Origin: Octopus sinensis
Taxonomy: Eukaryota
Direction of reading: 5' to 3'
Length of the DNA: 22,317 nt
NCBI RefSeq assembly: GCF_006345805.1
Contig: NW_021823570.1
Span: forward strand, 1-22,317
Part shown: positions 20,184 to 22,317 of the stretch, one piece after another
How positions within the stretch are numbered: the first letter of the stretch is position 1
How the letters are laid out: every line of letters starts with the position of its first letter
Position numbers and translations under genes: made by a program
Notes under the pieces: model-generated
Databases searched by the model: none
The model's input: only the letters and a program-made list of their open reading frames with translations
Told to the model about the DNA's origin: nothing

Positions 20184-20265
20184 CGGAAAATCTAAATAAT
20201 TGATAATAATTTCAACAATAATATTAATGGTAGCAAGCGATATTAGCATTGAACAATTTTACAAT

Positions 20266-20392
20266 AAATTTCTAATTATAATAGGGAGCACACGAAGCAC
20301 CAGCCCGTGAGATTGGTGGATAAGTTGTGGATTTTGACTCCACTTTCTAGCAGACTGGTGCTTCGTGCATCCTCTATAAAAATTAGGAATTT
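20266..20392. mobile_element. Small foldback/MITE-like element, 40-bp imperfect inverted arms
   Basis: 20266-20305 vs reverse complement of 20353-20392: 31/40, including a perfect 13-nt cacgaagcaccag. Confidence 0.65.
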
Positions 20393-20404
20393 ATACACAC
20401 ACAC

Positions 20405-20405
20405 A

Positions 20406-20485
<80 letters not shown>
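20405..20485. repeat. Perfect (GCAC)n tetranucleotide microsatellite
   Basis: About 20 units; alternating purine-pyrimidine. Confidence 0.97.
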
Positions 20486-20582
20486 CACACACATACACAT
20501 ACACACACACATATATACATTTCGTTTTGGGATTTATTTTGCAAGATTCTTTATGTGAGTTCGTGTATTGAAGCATATTCTG

Positions 20583-20801
20583 TTGTATCTGGGGAGAGCC
20601 ATTCTCTTTTGGTGCCTTATAATGTAACACACTCACCGGTAAAATTTCCACTTTTTAAAAATTTTGTATTATTTTAAGAATAAAAATAAGAATTAAGTGG
20701 AATTTTTTTTTTTATTTAAAAATAAGAAATAAGTGGAAATTTTACCGGTGAGTGTGTTACATAATAAGGCACAAAAAGAAAATGACTCTCCCCAGACACA
20801 A
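20583..20801. mobile_element. MITE with 71-bp terminal inverted repeats and AT-rich core
   Basis: 20583-20653 vs reverse complement of 20731-20801: 66/71 identical, ungapped. Confidence 0.88.
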
Positions 20802-20823
20802 TAGACTTTGATATATATATATG

Positions 20824-20905
20824 TTTTATTAATTGTTTTAGTCATGAGACTGCGGTCATGCTGGGGCACCGCCTTGAAGCTGTTTAGTTGAATGAAGCGA
20901 CCCCT
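20824..20905 (-). mobile_element. 3' fragment of family C SINE
   Basis: gttttagtcatgagactgcggtcatgctggggcaccgccttgaag matches 10897-10940. Confidence 0.8.
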
Positions 20906-21184
20906 TTATTTACCTTTTCTTTTATTTTGAAAGCCTGTTACTCAGAGATATAGTTTGTCCCGCATCCTCGCAGACCTATGTCTGTGAGGACGAGTGCCTA
21001 AGGTTTAGAGTCTTACAATATGCAGTATAAAGGATAAATCGTGAGAGGTTATCCGTGCAATTAGCAGATAAAGACTTCCGTCATAGGTTGCTTACAGTAT
21101 TAGAATGTTTAAGTTTCAATTTTTGTTTCGAGATATTATACACACTTTATATGGCTAGTAACAGTCTCTGTACACGTATGTATC

Positions 21185-21770
21185 CGTTTATGCATGTATG
21201 TGTGTGTGTGTACGCATGTGTGTATGCATGTATGCATGTATGCATGTATGTATGCATGTATGCATGCACGTAGGCATGTATGTATGTATGAGTGTGTACG
21301 TACGTACATATGTACGTACGTTTGTATGCATGTATGCATGTATGTATGCATGTATGTATATATGCATGTATCTACGTATGCATATATGTATGCATTCATG
21401 CATGTATGCATTCGTGCATGTATGCATGTATGCATGCATGTATGTATGTATGTGTGTGTGTACGTACGTACCTATGTGTGTATGTATGTATGCATGTATG
21501 CATGAATGTATGGATGTATGTATGTATGGATGTATTTATGTATGTGTGTGCGTGTACGTACGTATATATATCTATGTATGTATGCATGTGTGTACGTACG
21601 TATGTATGCATGCATGCATGCATGTATGTATGTATGTGTATGTATTTGAATGTATACATGTCTGTATGTGGCTATGTACGCATATGGGTATACATGTACG
21701 TATATATGTATATATATGTTCGTATATCTGTATGTCGGTATGTATGCGTATGTATATATGTACATACACA
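21185..21770. repeat. Degenerate (TATG/CATG/TACG/TGTG)n alternating purine-pyrimidine tract
   Basis: Direct reading; source of many overlapping MYVC/HTYI ORFs. Confidence 0.92.
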
Positions 21771-21954
21771 CACATACACATACACGCACAAACACACCTA
21801 CACACGCATCCATATCCGCACAGGCCTGCATTTAACATTCAATACACGCCCACGTGCTCACGTGCGCAGACAAACAAGCGGAAACGCGCGAATATGTATA
21901 TAGGATGTAAGAGCGCGCATATACAAGTATATATACATGCATACATTCTTATAT

Positions 21955-21985
<31 letters not shown>

Positions 21986-22201
21986 CTTATTATAATATAT
22001 ATATATATAAAAGATGAGTGATGTGTGCGCGCGCGCGTGCAAGTGTGCTCGTGCGCATGTGCGTTAATATGTAATCTGTGTCTGTGATTACGTACGTCTA
22101 CACATGCCAATAATATATATATATATATATGTACACAACACACACACTCAACAACACACCCACACACACACACAACACACACACACACACACACACACAC
22201 A

Positions 22202-22238
<37 letters not shown>

Positions 22239-22317
22239 ATATATACATATATACATACATAAATATATATATATATATATATAATATATATATATATACA
22301 TATATAATCTATTATGT

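Noticed and set aside
20942-20997. Minus-strand exon ALVLTDIGLRGCGTNYIS
   Set aside because: An equally plausible plus-strand exon overlaps it, and the strong internal hairpin suggests a repeat origin; kept only as a hairpin finding.
21136-22260. Cluster of long MYVC/HTYI ORFs up to 265 aa
   Set aside because: Alternating purine-pyrimidine microsatellite; open on both strands by composition.

Overview
A 22.3-kb eukaryotic, AT-rich, microsatellite-saturated window. Its SINE/LINE repertoire closely resembles an Octopus (coleoid cephalopod) genome; this comes from repeat recognition, not a database search. Almost all ORFs in the supplied track are translated microsatellites. Supported content: (i) a young, 5'-truncated R4/Dong-clade non-LTR retrotransposon (RT, CCHC knuckle, REL endonuclease) flanked on both sides by (AAT)n, plus an older decayed relative split by a SINE; (ii) two RTE-type LINE 3' ends, one ending in three C2H2-like fingers; (iii) two Tc1/mariner remnants; (iv) a heavily decayed Gypsy-like pol on the minus strand; (v) many copies of at least three tRNA-derived SINE families, one bipartite with an internal microsatellite; (vi) several foldback/MITE-like inverted repeats, including a 327-bp near-complete palindrome; (vii) a few short unique islands with minus-strand splice signals that may be exons of an unidentified gene, and a possible divergent promoter near 17.85 kb. 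No rRNA, true tRNA gene or CRISPR array is supported.
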